From the NCBI GenBank assembly GCA_001662655.1, contig KV460210.1: DNA of 64,000 bases; one strand, written 5' to 3'. The DNA comes from Pseudogymnoascus verrucosus. Taxonomy: Eukaryota. A program made the position numbers and the translations under genes. The stretch's first letter is position 1. The number at the start of each line of letters is the position of its first letter. Below are positions 50,644-64,000 of the stretch, in pieces. The notes under the pieces are model-generated. The model made no database searches, was not told where the DNA came from, and saw only the letters and a program-made list of their open reading frames with translations.

Positions 50644-52907
50644 ATGCGCTTCTCCAAGCTTCTCTCACTGGCCGCGGCGTGCGTGACCACGGTGTCGGCG
50701 TTGACGCCTGCGCAGTGGCGTGGCCAGTCTATCTATCAGGTGCTGACGGACCGCTTTGCAAGGACCGATGGGTCAACGAGCGCGAGTTGCAATACAGCGG
50801 ATCAGAATTATTGTGGTGGGACCTGGAAGGGGATTACCAATCATTTGGACTACATTCAAGGGATGGGGTTTACAGCCGTAAGTTCTTGACGAAGCATCCT
50901 ATGTCCCAAACCAAATAGTGGTAGTGGTATCATGTGCGTTGTTAACTGTGGACGCGAGGGGATAGGTCTGGATTAGTCCTGTTGTCAAGCAGGTTGATGG
51001 ATTGACGGGTGATGGCGCTGCGTATCATGGGTACTGGGCCAAAGACATATACTCTTTGAATTCGAATTTTGGGACTGCAGCGGATTTGGTCGCGTTGTCT
51101 GCTGCGCTGCATGCCAGAGGCATGGTGAGTTAAACCCTGTCGCTGTAGGTTGAGATTTACTCATGAGGCTGACAAAACATAGTACCTCATGGTTGACGTT
51201 GTTACTAACCACATGGCTTATGTTGGATGCGGGGCTTGCGTGGATTACAGTACCTTAAATCCCTTTAACTCGGTATGTTACGCCGCATTTGTGGCAAACA
51301 TGGAACTGATATTTCGTAGGAATCCTACTATCATCCGTTTTGTTTGATCGATTATACTGACGCAACAAGCATTAAAAATGTAAGTGGTACTCAATTATTG
51401 CAGGCTCGAGATGGCTGCTAATCCAGATCTAGTGCTGGATGGGCTCCAATACCGTTTCCTTGCCAGATCTTAGGACTGAAGACTCGGACGTTCAAAGCGA
51501 ATTCAACTCTTGGATCGCGGAGCTCGTCTCAAACTACACTATTGATGGCCTGCGCATTGACAGTGTCCAACAAGTCAACACTGGCTTCTGGCCTAGCTTT
51601 CAAGCCGCTGCTGGCGGCATCCATGCTCTCGGCGAAGTCTATAATGGCGATCCCGCCTACGTCTGCCCCTACCAGACCTCCATAACTGGCGTATTGAACT
51701 TCCCCGCGTAAGCCCCCCCCGACCCCTTTCTGACACCGCACTCACACCACACAGCTATTACTGGATAACGCAAGCCTTCCAAACAACCAGCGGCAGCATT
51801 AGCAACCTCGTGAACGGAATCAACACCATGAAGTCCACGTGCAGTGACACGACGCTTCTGGGGTCCTTCCTCGAAAACCACGACGTCGCGCGCTTCCCGT
51901 CGCTCACTTCTGACCTCTCACTCCAGAAAAATGCCATTGCATTCACCATGCTTATGGACGGCATCCCCATCATCTACGCCGGTCAAGAGCAGGCCTATAG
52001 CGGCGGCAACGTGCCCTACGACCGCGAAGCAACCTGGCTATCGGGGTATAACACCGGGTCCACCCTCTACACCTTCATCGCGTCGGTGAACCAAATCCGC
52101 AATCGCGCCGTATATATAGATTCCACCTACGTCACGTACAAGGCAGTGCCCAGCTACTCAGACACAACGACCATCGTACTGCGCAAGGGCCAGGCGGGTG
52201 CACAGATTGTGGCAGTCTTTTCGAATAAGGGCGCCAGTGGCAGCAGCTATACGCAAAGCCTATCGTCATCGGTCACTGGCTTCTCGGCCGGCCAGACACT
52301 TATCGAGATCCTGAGCTGCACGGCGTACACCGTTGACTCGAGCGGAAATCTCGCGGTTGCGATGGCGAGCGGGCTGCCGCGCATTTTCTATCCGACGGCT
52401 AAGCTGACTGGGAGTGGGATTTGCCCTGGACTCAGCGGCGCCTCTAGCACCTCTAGCACCTTTATCACCTCTAGCACCTCCAGCACCTCCAGCACTTCTA
52501 GTAAATCTAGCACCTCTAGCACTTCCAGCACTTCCAGTAAATCCAGCACCTCTAGCACCTCTAGCACCTCCAGCACTTCCAGCGCCTCTAGCTCCTGCAG
52601 CTCGGTCGCCGTGACGTTCAACGAGCTGGTGACGACGGTGTACGGGACGAATGTCAAGATCTCTGGCTCAATCGCTGCTCTTGGTAGCTGGAGCACGGCG
52701 AGCGCGGTGGCACTCTCCGCGTCAGGGTATACGAGCTCAAATCCGCTGTGGGCGGTTACGATTTCGTTCACGCCGGGAACGTCGTTTGAATATAAATTTA
52801 TTGAAGTAAATAGTGCGGGAACGGTGACGTGGGAGTCAGGGAGCAATAGAGCGTATACAGTGCCGACGACTGGATGTACGGCGACGGTTAGTACGAGTTG
52901 GCAGTAG
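50644..52907 (+). CDS. Secreted alpha-amylase GH13 (Taka-type) with Ser/Thr linker and CBM20; multiple introns
   Basis: Signal peptide, [75 protein letters not shown]20 [14 protein letters not shown]. Confidence 0.95.
52440..52592 (+). repeat. 9-bp coding tandem repeat (CCTCTAGCA) encoding the Ser/Thr linker
   Basis: [15 protein letters not shown] run between the catalytic domain and CBM20. Confidence 0.85.
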
Positions 52908-54055
52908 CTAGGGAGGAAGAGGAAGGGTTGAGGCGGGGGAGAGGAGGGAAGACAGGGGCAGGAAGCTCAGGGGCTAACGTGGAAGAGTGAAGAGAAGAGA
53001 GGGAAGAAATGCACAGAAAACTCAAAAGTTGAGGAGAAAAGTAGTTGAAAATTGAAAGAGGGAGAGACAAGGGGAGGATAGTAGAGCAGAATGGCCGAAT
53101 CGATTAGCAGTGTTGCTGTCTTAGGCTCTGATGATCTTTCTCTGTACTACCATACCTAGAAAAACTCAGTGTTTCCCACTGCTCGTGCGTTTTCCAAAAC
53201 TGCTGCATATTGCAAATTATGCAGCCTTCGTAGCTTATGCGGGCGCGTTGTGGATCTCCCTCAAATCTAGGTTTTTTCTCCTTCTCATTTCCGTTAAAAT
53301 TTCTCCCCTAAGTGTAGCTTGCTCTAGAGATGCTAGCAGTAGGTGTCGCACCGTTTAGCCACCTTAGCTACATTTGCACTCACTATCCGTGATGTCTAGC
53401 CCCTGTCTTTAAAACAGATATTGTCGAGGTTCGACCTTCGCAGTCGTCTGTGTCTGTATAATGATCGAGTTGAGGGGCTGGCGTAGTACTGTGTGTAGTT
53501 GCAGCTTTTTTTGCGTCGGACTAGGCACAAGCTTGTAGGTCATCCACCCCCTGGTCTCTCTATCCCATGCCTCGGACCATTCGTTTTGGATCTACTACTT
53601 TAGTTTCCCATTTGCTGCCGAGTGTGATCCGAGTTATTACCACTATCCTTCATCTCCTCCTTCCCCCTATTAATTGTGTCTATCCTGTTGGTTTTTTAGC
53701 TAATGAGTTTGCTAGGTCATTTTTATACTTTTGCGTACTACATTTAACTACCAATGGGCCGTAACAGTACAATTGTAAGATCCATGAAAATCGTCGAGAT
53801 ATTCCACGAAGCACTATAGTATTGATGAGTCGAAAAGAACTAACGTTAGAACCCTTAAATCAAATATCAAAACCTCGAAGCGGCACACCTCGAAATACTA
53901 CATTATGACCGGACCATTCACAGAGGGGTCCGCAATGGGGGCAAAACATGGATCCATTTATGAAGAGAACTAATCCTAAACTTAACCAACTTTTTGTAGA
54001 CTCTCACAGCTTGTAATAATCATATTACCAGCGCGCCATGCCACGTTTGAAGCCT

Positions 54056-56234
<2,179 letters not shown>

Positions 56235-58054
56235 GATATTGCGAGTGGTGAAAGCTATGCGATTAGAGAAGCTGCTGAATCTGGCTGCTAGACAGGAAGG
56301 TGAGTGTAGGAAACGATCCCCTTCTTATAGCCTTCCTCTGTGCCTGTGTGAGCAATGAGGCTTGAAGCCTAGGTGGCTGATCGATCAGAGAGTATCGCCG
56401 AGGATATCGCCTTTAGTGTGTATGGCCCGTCACTGGAAATTGTGTCAAGCTATGCATCGCGCGTGATCTCAATTATGGAATATTGCCGTCGTCGATTTCA
56501 TCGAAGCTTTAGCTACGCTATGAGTAACTTCGAGAATGCCACAAGGCACGTTGGCCCCTGCTCGGCACATAACGCACATTGGTGCTGTTCTGTTGTCGCT
56601 TCCTGTGCGTCACTCGAGTGCACGACAATGGCCGCAAGAAACAATTAGACCATCGGACGACTGGTGGCTGAAAAAAGATCCAAGTAGTGCTCGGCTCGAT
56701 GTTCCATGTCTTTTAAGGAAGGTTTTGACCGAAGAGGGTTTGTCAAGGCTGTTAATTCGCATTGATGTTTACAGGTTTTGACTAGGTTTCCCCACTACTG
56801 CTCTCCGCATTTCCCCAACCCCCGATTCCCACATGCTCGTCCGCCACGCGGCAGACCTGGAATCCACATCCCCGCCTTTCATATAGCTTAGAATTTCGGC
56901 CCGACTAATAAGCCGATATTCACATTGAGATATATTTCGGTGACTAGCACCAAACCCCCTGTCCACTGTAAAGATATGTTCGACATCACGATATTCACTA
57001 TAAGTCGATTAAAAACACTCAAAGCACGGGGCGTCTGCATCACATACTGCATATGATGCTACTGTTGTGTGATATTTGCTAGTATGAGGTTTGGTCCGTC
57101 CTGCTATATTAAGTGAACAGAACTAATGCGTATGCCTGGTAAGCTCAAGCGTCGTTCTTGCGCGACTTATGCAAGTACTGGGCTAACCGGTGGCCATGGC
57201 GTGATATAGGACCGAGACATATGCCTCTATTGTCAAGCCTTTGGTGGAGGTAGGACGGCACCGGTGCCTTCTCACTAGAAAAGGCCGCGTATGCTGTTGT
57301 GAAAAGAGAAATGGGCTGGATTAGCAACAGTTGAGGCGCCGGTAGCGGCCGAAATTTAAAACGAGGCCACATTCAATCCCTGATAATATGGCATATGCCG
57401 CATTATCTGCATATTTTTGATTATTAGCCTGTCAGAAGTGAGATGATATGTGGAAAGGTTTTCTAGCAGGCAATGGAACGTTTGGCTTATTTGCTGCCTT
57501 TTAAGTGCTTTAACTGTTTTAGGAAATTTTAGAAGACCTCCACAATCGATTTTAAAGTTGACGCGTGCACTCATGGCGAAATAACGTGCCGAATGCGGGG
57601 CTAAAGGCTTATGTGAACCTTTGTAGGCTTAAAGGCCCGAATCCTAGTGTTTCGGCAGCAGCCCCATGGCACTCGCTGCGTTGTCCCTAAGCAACTATAT
57701 GCACATATCCCCATGCTGTACAGGGTTACAAGCGTTGGCTACAGAAACAAGCATTGGGTTAGTCGGTAAATGATCACGGAGTGGGCTGAACTGATCTGGT
57801 AGTTGTGCTCCGACGCTAGTCCGGGACGTGGGTTTCGGCCACATAGTTTATCCGAATAATGATTCCGGTAGTCAAACAGGGAAACTCATATAGGATTAGC
57901 GAAGTCTGGAGACCACGATGGGTCTCTAGACGGAGCAGGTCGGAGGAAGGACAGCCCAGAGAGTCGAGTGACTCCCGAGACCCTAGCTCTCCTGACTAAG
58001 GGCGGGCTCTACATTGGTTAGTTCCCAGGCTCTAGTCTCTAGAACCAATGGGAC

Positions 58055-58314
58055 TGTAGTAACCCCACGATAACAACGATATGTTAGGTATTTGTTATCC
58101 ATGATATTAAGGATATCCTTTGCACGGCTCTACTATGTAAGTAGATAGTTGTTTGCTAGATAGGAGCTTTGTGCTCAACTTAATACAGCATCTATTATAT
58201 CCTAGTAACGTGTTACTTAAAGCCGTTATGTCTAATCCCCTACCTCCTCTTTTAAGTTAAACCTTTACGTAAGAAACCTTTGTACGTTCTATCATTTTAG
58301 GACGTAGCGTTATA
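58055..58314 (-). mobile_element. Solo-LTR-like repeat, copy 2 (RIP-like mutated)
   Basis: Reverse complement aligns with 12965-13200; the start reads TATAAC for TGTAAC and the end is ..CTACA; many differences are G>A / C>T. Confidence 0.65.
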
Positions 58315-58519
58315 CCACCTAGGGTGGATTAAAGGGTGGAGGGAGGGGTAAGGTGGGTTTAGTGATATGTAGCTTACATAAATGAGTCGCCTACGTGTGC
58401 CAGACTCCATTGAAGATATTGCGCTTTTTCCGATCAATACCGCAGCCCTAAAGTTTGGTCAGAGTATATATAAGTTGATCAAAACACTCGAATACCACCT
58501 TGAGATACAGTGGCACCGG

Positions 58520-59810
58520 ATAGAGACATCCCTCAAGCGGTGTCTTGTGGCTGCGGAGACACAGGTTAAGGAAGGAGGCCGTGAGTAGAGCAAGGGTTTG
58601 GTGGTAGGGGTCTTACTGTCGTTATTCTTTCCTGTCGTTATTCTTTCCTGTCGTTATTCTTTCCTGCCGTTATTCTTTCCTGTCGTTATTCTTTCCTGCC
58701 GTTACGCTCTTGCTGTCGCTGTGCTCTGCTGTCGTTATATCTGTTGACTGATATACGGAAAGGGGTTGTGGGGACGGAGCAAAACAAAAACAAAATTGAC
58801 CCCCGCTTCAGTAACAGTGGTGACAGACACGGCATAAGCAGAGGTGTCCTGCCAGTGTTGGCGTAATGAGGGTGCAAAGATGGAAAGATGAGGTGGATTT
58901 GTAGATGCGTATGTTTGCGTGAAGTTGATAATACGCCATAGATAGCCGTTCAAAACTGAGCCAACTCTCAAGCCCTCCGTTCGAAAATTAGATAATACAA
59001 ATCTCGATACAGCACCAAACTTGTTCTCTGAAATTCCACCACTGCCGTGAATACAGAATTGACTTGTGAGAGGTCTATGAAGAGCTAAGGTTACGAGCCG
59101 ACTCACGAAAGACGAAAGGGAAGACTATCATGGTTCTGGAAAAGGGCCCAGGTTTCCTATGGCTGACTCAAAGTTATCTAGTGGTTATAATGGGTGCTTG
59201 TCTGTGGGGGCTGCCATGGCGTATAGACACAAAGGCTCTCGGGGCGTTTTCAGGGAAGATATAGGTTTGAGGGGTTTAAAGGAGAGTCCAAAAGAAAATG
59301 GATGACAGGCGGCCTTACCACCACAATCGTCAAAAGTATCTTCAAAAAATGGCATCAAATGTGGGAGTGTCTTGTATAAAGGCCTAACCTGACAGGAAGA
59401 AAGGAAAGATAAGCCAGCCAAAAAATAAATCTTCTCCACCACATCCACCTTTGTGGCAACGAGAAATTTCTACAAGGGACTAAAAAAGCTAGCTCCAAGG
59501 CGATAACAAAGATTGATGCGCATGTCCACAATATCTAATAGTGGTGGGAAGAGGGGATGACGGGAATGGAGTAACAACAGCGAGATCAAGTTAACGGTGA
59601 CAAGAAGTTGATGATGGCAACTGTCACCGTCACCACCGGAACTTTGACTGGGCAGCAATTGTGTAGCTTTGATACCTTCCAGGGATGGCGCTTCATTTCC
59701 CTCCCACTGGCGGACGAAGCCACTCTAGGTGTCCTGCGAGTATTTTGTCAACGCAGCGTCATTATTTACCAATTGTTGGTACGCCGGTGACATTTTATAT
59801 GTTTGAGATG
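58520..59810. repeat. Diverged ~1.3-kb direct repeat, copy B
   Basis: Colinear similarity with 47380-48710. Confidence 0.8.
58616..58704. repeat. 16-bp minisatellite (CTGTCGTTATTCTTTC) x~5.5
   Basis: Directly visible; only about one unit at the paralogous position near 47486. Confidence 0.9.
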
Positions 59811-60076
59811 CCCGCTTGTGGGTAGCCTCAACTCGTCCGCAAGGTCCCACGGGGAAGAACCTGACAAGTAACACAGAAATAGCACCTGATCTGACAGGTG
59901 GACTCTGTGGGGAACTGAAACTGAGAACGGTTCCTATAATAATAATTCATATCATTGCAGCACTCTGTGCCGAGTAAATCTATGCATAATCCCGAAAAGC
60001 TATAAATATATATCGCAACCACATCAATTACACCAGATTAATACATAATATTCTCACATCCAATCCCTTACCCCTC

Positions 60077-63000
60077 TCACAAAACCGGGCCCCTAACAAC
60101 AGGCCTCTCCTCATCCCCCACCAGCCCCTTATCAACCCTAAACCCAATGCCCGGAACCCTCAACCTCAACGCCAAACTACTCAAAACCACACTCACCGAG
60201 CTCGCCGCCATCGCCAAACTCGCCCACACCGGGTCCAAGCGCACATGCGTCCCCCCCGGCGTGAGCGCATAGAACGCCCCCGCCGCAACCGGCAACGCAA
60301 TCATGTTATACACCAGCGCCCAGGCAAAGTTGAATTTGATGCGGCGGAACACGACGCGGCTGAGATGTAGCAGCGTGGCGAGGGCTTTCAGTTCCGACGA
60401 GACGAGCACGAATTCCGCAGCCGAGATAGCGATATCGCTTCCAGCGCCCATGGCAATACCGACGTCCGCGGCGGCGAGGGCAGGCGCGTCGTTAATTCCG
60501 TCACCGACCATTCCGACGAGGGCACGGCGGGAGGAGCGGCCTGAGGTTGGCATGCTGCGCTGGAGATCGCGGATTCGGTCAGCTTTTTCGGCGGGGAGGA
60601 CGCCAGCGATGATGTTTTGGGGGAGGATGCCGAGTTTGAGACCGATGGCGTGAGCGGTGATGGGGTTATCCCCGGTGAGGAGCCAGGTGGATGTTCCGGC
60701 CTCGTGGAGGGCGCGGATGATACCCGGTGCGGAAGGGCGAATTGCGTCTGAGACGGCGAACATAGCGGAGAGGTGGCGGAAGTGGTCAGAGGTTGCGGGT
60801 GGGACGGGCGGCGAGGATGGTGGGTGGGGTCGCGAGATTCCGACGAGGACGACGCTGTCACCTTCGCGCTTCCAGGTTGAGAGGACGGTGGATGCGGAGG
60901 TGGGGACGGGGATGGAGTATTCGCTCATGAGAGCTTCGTTGCCGATTAGAATCTCGGTGAAGACTTCGTCGAGGAAGGCGAGAGCGCGCATGCCGCGGCC
61001 GGGGAGCTCGTGAACCTCGAGAAGGCGGGGCTTTTGGTGTACGTCTTCGATTTCGGCTGCTGGCTGGGCGGCGCAGAAGGAGGAAAGAGCTTTGGCGAGT
61101 GTGTGCGTGCTGTTGTCTTCGGCGCTCGCTATTAGGGAGAGGAGAGTGCGCTCGGCGAGGACGGGGTGGGCGGTATCTGAGGGGCCGATCGGGAGGTACT
61201 CAGTTACGACTGGGTCACCGCCCATGGTAAGCGTGCCGGTTTTGTCGAAGACGATGGTATCAAGGCGGCTAGCTTTCTCAAACGCCGCGCCACCGCCCTT
61301 GACTAGAATACCGTGCTGTGCAGCGAGGCCGCCGCCAACAAAAAGTGCTGTTGGTGCAGCGAGGGCAAGCCCGCAGGGACAGGCCACGACAAAGACGGCA
61401 ATTGCAAACTGTAGCGACCAAGTCACCCAACCACCTTGGGAGTGGTGGACGTTGAGATAGTCTTCGGGAAGGGCGCCACTTAGGCCGAGGGAGAGCCAGA
61501 CGATCCAGGTTACTATGGCGAGCGCTGTGATGGCTGGGACGAAGTAAGAAGTCAGGGAATCAGCTAAACGCTCAATCGGGGCTCGTTTCGTTTGACCTTC
61601 GCGCACAGCTTGGACAATTTGGTCAAGCATCGCCGAACCGGAGGCACTGCTGATTGTCACCGTGACCGGAGATCCTCTGTTGATGGTGCCCGCGAAGACC
61701 AACGAGCCGATGTGTTTTTTGACCAATTTGCTTTCACCTGTAAGACTGGCCTCGTCGAAGTTTGTCTCGCCGACTGTGATCTCGCCGTCAGCAGGTGGTG
61801 AGGCACCATGCATCACGCGTACAGTGTCGCCTAGTTCGAGGAGGTCAACGGGCACTTGGGACAATTGACCAGTGGGCCAGTTAACCAGGACTGCAGTCGT
61901 TGGACGAAGCTTTCCTAGAAGCGTGACGGCGTCCCCAGTGCGGGACTTGCTGTAGGCTTCGATATATCTCCCGATTAGTAGGAACATGGTGAGGAAGACG
62001 ACCGAGTCGAAGTAGAAGCTTGTCTCATCAACTTCCATCGAGGGGTTAGCACCCGCAGAAATCAGTTGCGCGACTGAGGACCAATATGCTATGGAGGTTC
62101 CAAGAGACATAAGCATGTTCATGCTGCCGAATCGGTAGAAGCGCTGTAGGATAGGAGTCTTGTTGCCACGGCGCCACAGGAAGTGGATCTCTTTGATGGC
62201 ACGTCTGTGAAAAACGTCGGCGGCGAGGAAGTATACGGGCGTAGCGAGGAGGAAGAGGATCCATTGCGTGCGGCTAACCTGTGCTTTCCAGGGTGTCATA
62301 AGCCAGTGTTTGCTCTGATTTGAGGAAGGAACAAGGCTCATGAACACAATGCCGATTATGAAGGTTGGAATTGCTATGATAATTGTGAGGGCGACACGGA
62401 TGAGTAGGCGACGTTGCTGTTGAGCGTGAAGTGCATGGGAGCGCTCTTCGAGGGTTGGCGGATGGTATATCGATACCTCGAACTTGGGGTCCAGTCCTGA
62501 TATCGTGGCAATGATATCTCTAATGGTGAAATTAGGCAGTTGAGGCACATAGCTGAGCCTTAGAATCGGGTCTTTGATACTCAGTGGTTTCTCAATGCGA
62601 ATCGCGTCTCCGAAGACTTCGAGCGACCGGAGCACTTTCTCGGGACAGTGGTTGCAGAACATTTGGGAGACGTTGATTTCAACCGTTCTTCGTTGTGTGG
62701 CCTGTGTTGATTGCCCCAAATCTATAGCTTTATCAAGCGTTGCTTCGTAGCCAAGATCCTCAATTGCCTTCATGATCTCGTCGAGGTGAGCCCTTCCCTT
62801 AAAATCAACACTGGCGCTATTCGCGATCAGGTTAACGGTGACCTCCTTAGCCCAGTCCTTTTTCTGCAAAGCATTCGTGATTGCAGCAGCACAGGATCCG
62901 CAGGTCATTCCGCCAACCGCTATGCTCGCCCGCCACATGTCTTTCTCCTTCCCGGCATTCGTATCGGCGACAGAGTTTAGGAGCGCTTCGTATCCGAGGT

Positions 63001-63772
63001 CCTCAATGGTAGATATCAAATCATCGACGTGATCTTTGCCAACAACATCTGCGGTCGCGCTGTTGGAGATGAGGTTGACATTGATGTTCTTCACCCAGCT
63101 CTTCTTTTCGAGCTCCGTCGTGATAGCATTCGAGCAGGACGCACAAGTCATCCCCCCAATAGCAACGCTCGCACGCCAGATATCCTCTTCTCCTCCTCCA
63201 TCGACAACCACAAACGGCTCCTGCGACGACGGCGACGAAAGCGGGGGCTGCGAATCCATGGCGTTGACATGAGTATCCGGTTGTAGCAGAGGCTGGTGCG
63301 ACGGTGTGTTTGTTAATTTTCCGTTCGGCTTCGTGGTCTGATATCCTTCTGTCCTACATAATTCGCAGTCCTGAATGTGTCTTGTCCTGAGCCTCTCCGA
63401 GTCCTCACTTCTGCCTGAATGTCTCGGCCCGCCGAACCATTCACTACGTTCGAGAATTGAATCAAGAGTCCCGTGGACATCTCCAAATGCCGATCCATCT
63501 GAAGTAGACACGTCTCGTGCGATGCCATTTTCCGTCACACTGCATATGCCGAACCCTGCTTCGGTGAGTGCATGCTGTATGGTGCATATCTCCAGGTCTG
63601 TGGGATGCGTGACGGTCACCCACGACGTGACGATCGACGGTGATACGTTAAGAGGCCGGGGGGACAGCGCATAAAGCGCATTTTCAATATTAGCCACGCA
63701 GGAAGGGCAGTGGAGGTTTGAGAGGAGAAACGAAGTCTCCATCGTCTGCGATGGTGGGGTCGAAGGGTCCAT
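60077..63772 (-). CDS. P1B-type copper-transporting ATPase (CrpA-like efflux type), intronless
   Basis: Four CxxC HMA motifs (LHCPSC, MTCASC, MTCGSC, MFCNHC), TGES, CPC, DKTGT, TGDN, GDGIND, YN and MAASS Cu-specific TM motifs. Confidence 0.93.
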   Translation of the reverse strand: MDPSTPPSQTMETSFLLSNLHCPSCVANIENALYALSPRPLNVSPSIVTSWVTVTHPTDLEICTIQHALTEAGFGICSVTENGIARDVSTSDGSAFGDVHGTLDSILERSEWFGGPRHSGRSEDSERLRTRHIQDCELCRTEGYQTTKPNGKLTNTPSHQPLLQPDTHVNAMDSQPPLSSPSSQEPFVVVDGGGEEDIWRASVAIGGMTCASCSNAITTELEKKSWVKNINVNLISNSATADVVGKDHVDDLISTIEDLGYEALLNSVADTNAGKEKDMWRASIAVGGMTCGSCAAAITNALQKKDWAKEVTVNLIANSASVDFKGRAHLDEIMKAIEDLGYEATLDKAIDLGQSTQATQRRTVEINVSQMFCNHCPEKVLRSLEVFGDAIRIEKPLSIKDPILRLSYVPQLPNFTIRDIIATISGLDPKFEVSIYHPPTLEERSHALHAQQQRRLLIRVALTIIIAIPTFIIGIVFMSLVPSSNQSKHWLMTPWKAQVSRTQWILFLLATPVYFLAADVFHRRAIKEIHFLWRRGNKTPILQRFYRFGSMNMLMSLGTSIAYWSSVAQLISAGANPSMEVDETSFYFDSVVFLTMFLLIGRYIEAYSKSRTGDAVTLLGKLRPTTAVLVNWPTGQLSQVPVDLLELGDTVRVMHGASPPADGEITVGETNFDEASLTGESKLVKKHIGSLVFAGTINRGSPVTVTISSASGSAMLDQIVQAVREGQTKRAPIERLADSLTSYFVPAITALAIVTWIVWLSLGLSGALPEDYLNVHHSQGGWVTWSLQFAIAVFVVACPCGLALAAPTALFVGGGLAAQHGILVKGGGAAFEKASRLDTIVFDKTGTLTMGGDPVVTEYLPIGPSDTAHPVLAERTLLSLIASAEDNSTHTLAKALSSFCAAQPAAEIEDVHQKPRLLEVHELPGRGMRALAFLDEVFTEILIGNEALMSEYSIPVPTSASTVLSTWKREGDSVVLVGISRPHPPSSPPVPPATSDHFRHLSAMFAVSDAIRPSAPGIIRALHEAGTSTWLLTGDNPITAHAIGLKLGILPQNIIAGVLPAEKADRIRDLQRSMPTSGRSSRRALVGMVGDGINDAPALAAADVGIAMGAGSDIAISAAEFVLVSSELKALATLLHLSRVVFRRIKFNFAWALVYNMIALPVAAGAFYALTPGGTHVRLDPVWASLAMAASSVSVVLSSLALRLRVPGIGFRVDKGLVGDEERPVVRGPVL

Positions 63773-64000
63773 TTCGCCGAGAAGGGTATTATGAAGCCTA
63801 TGATAAGTGACTCTCGACACACAACCGGGAAAATAGATAAGTATGAAATTAAGTCATAAGAAGAGAGCTTCTTATGGTGATATATACGTAAGTAACTACC
63901 TTTTGCGATGTTTGTGCCTTCACATTTCTTTGTGGCACTACTATGTCATTCGCGGTGGCCAAAACCCGCACAAACCGCGCACCGCACAAAAGACGCAGCT

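Noticed and set aside
58735..59106. DUF3328/UstYa-like origin of the 1.3-kb repeat
   Set aside because: Only a vague TM and SLRQ..DTS resemblance; no HxxHC motifs visible

Overview
Filamentous ascomycete DNA (short GT-AG introns with CTAAC/CTGAC branch points). It contains housekeeping blocks and two lower-GC accessory islands. Core genes: 3' end of RIA1/EFL1, an OYE-family flavin oxidoreductase, BCKDH E1-beta, GH5 ExgD, PEX11C, an Mpv17/PMP22 protein, a RING E3 ligase, a secreted intradiol dioxygenase-like protein, PUB1, PIF1, a P450 and a P1B Cu-ATPase. Island 1 (~2.4-16.5 kb) looks like a fungal innate-immunity locus. It holds a spliced NACHT-WD40 NLR (7347-12350) whose first exon, missed by the ORF track, encodes a HET-s-like amyloid (R0) motif, and whose WD array is fused to a ~730-aa tail ending in a hydrophobic, likely membrane-anchored segment. 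The NLR is divergent from a HeLo-like/PigL-N gene with a possible two-repeat amyloid segment. Each of the two genes sits in its own unit bounded by related 16-bp inverted ends, and the units are joined head-to-tail. The island also has HET-domain, pogo, LTR, hAT-MITE and kinase relics. Island 2 (~42.7-60 kb) holds a convergent bZIP-DUF3425/SDR pair framed by inverted repeats, and an alpha-amylase/glucoamylase pair framed by ~1.3-kb diverged direct repeats. All family assignments are by eye; no database search was run.
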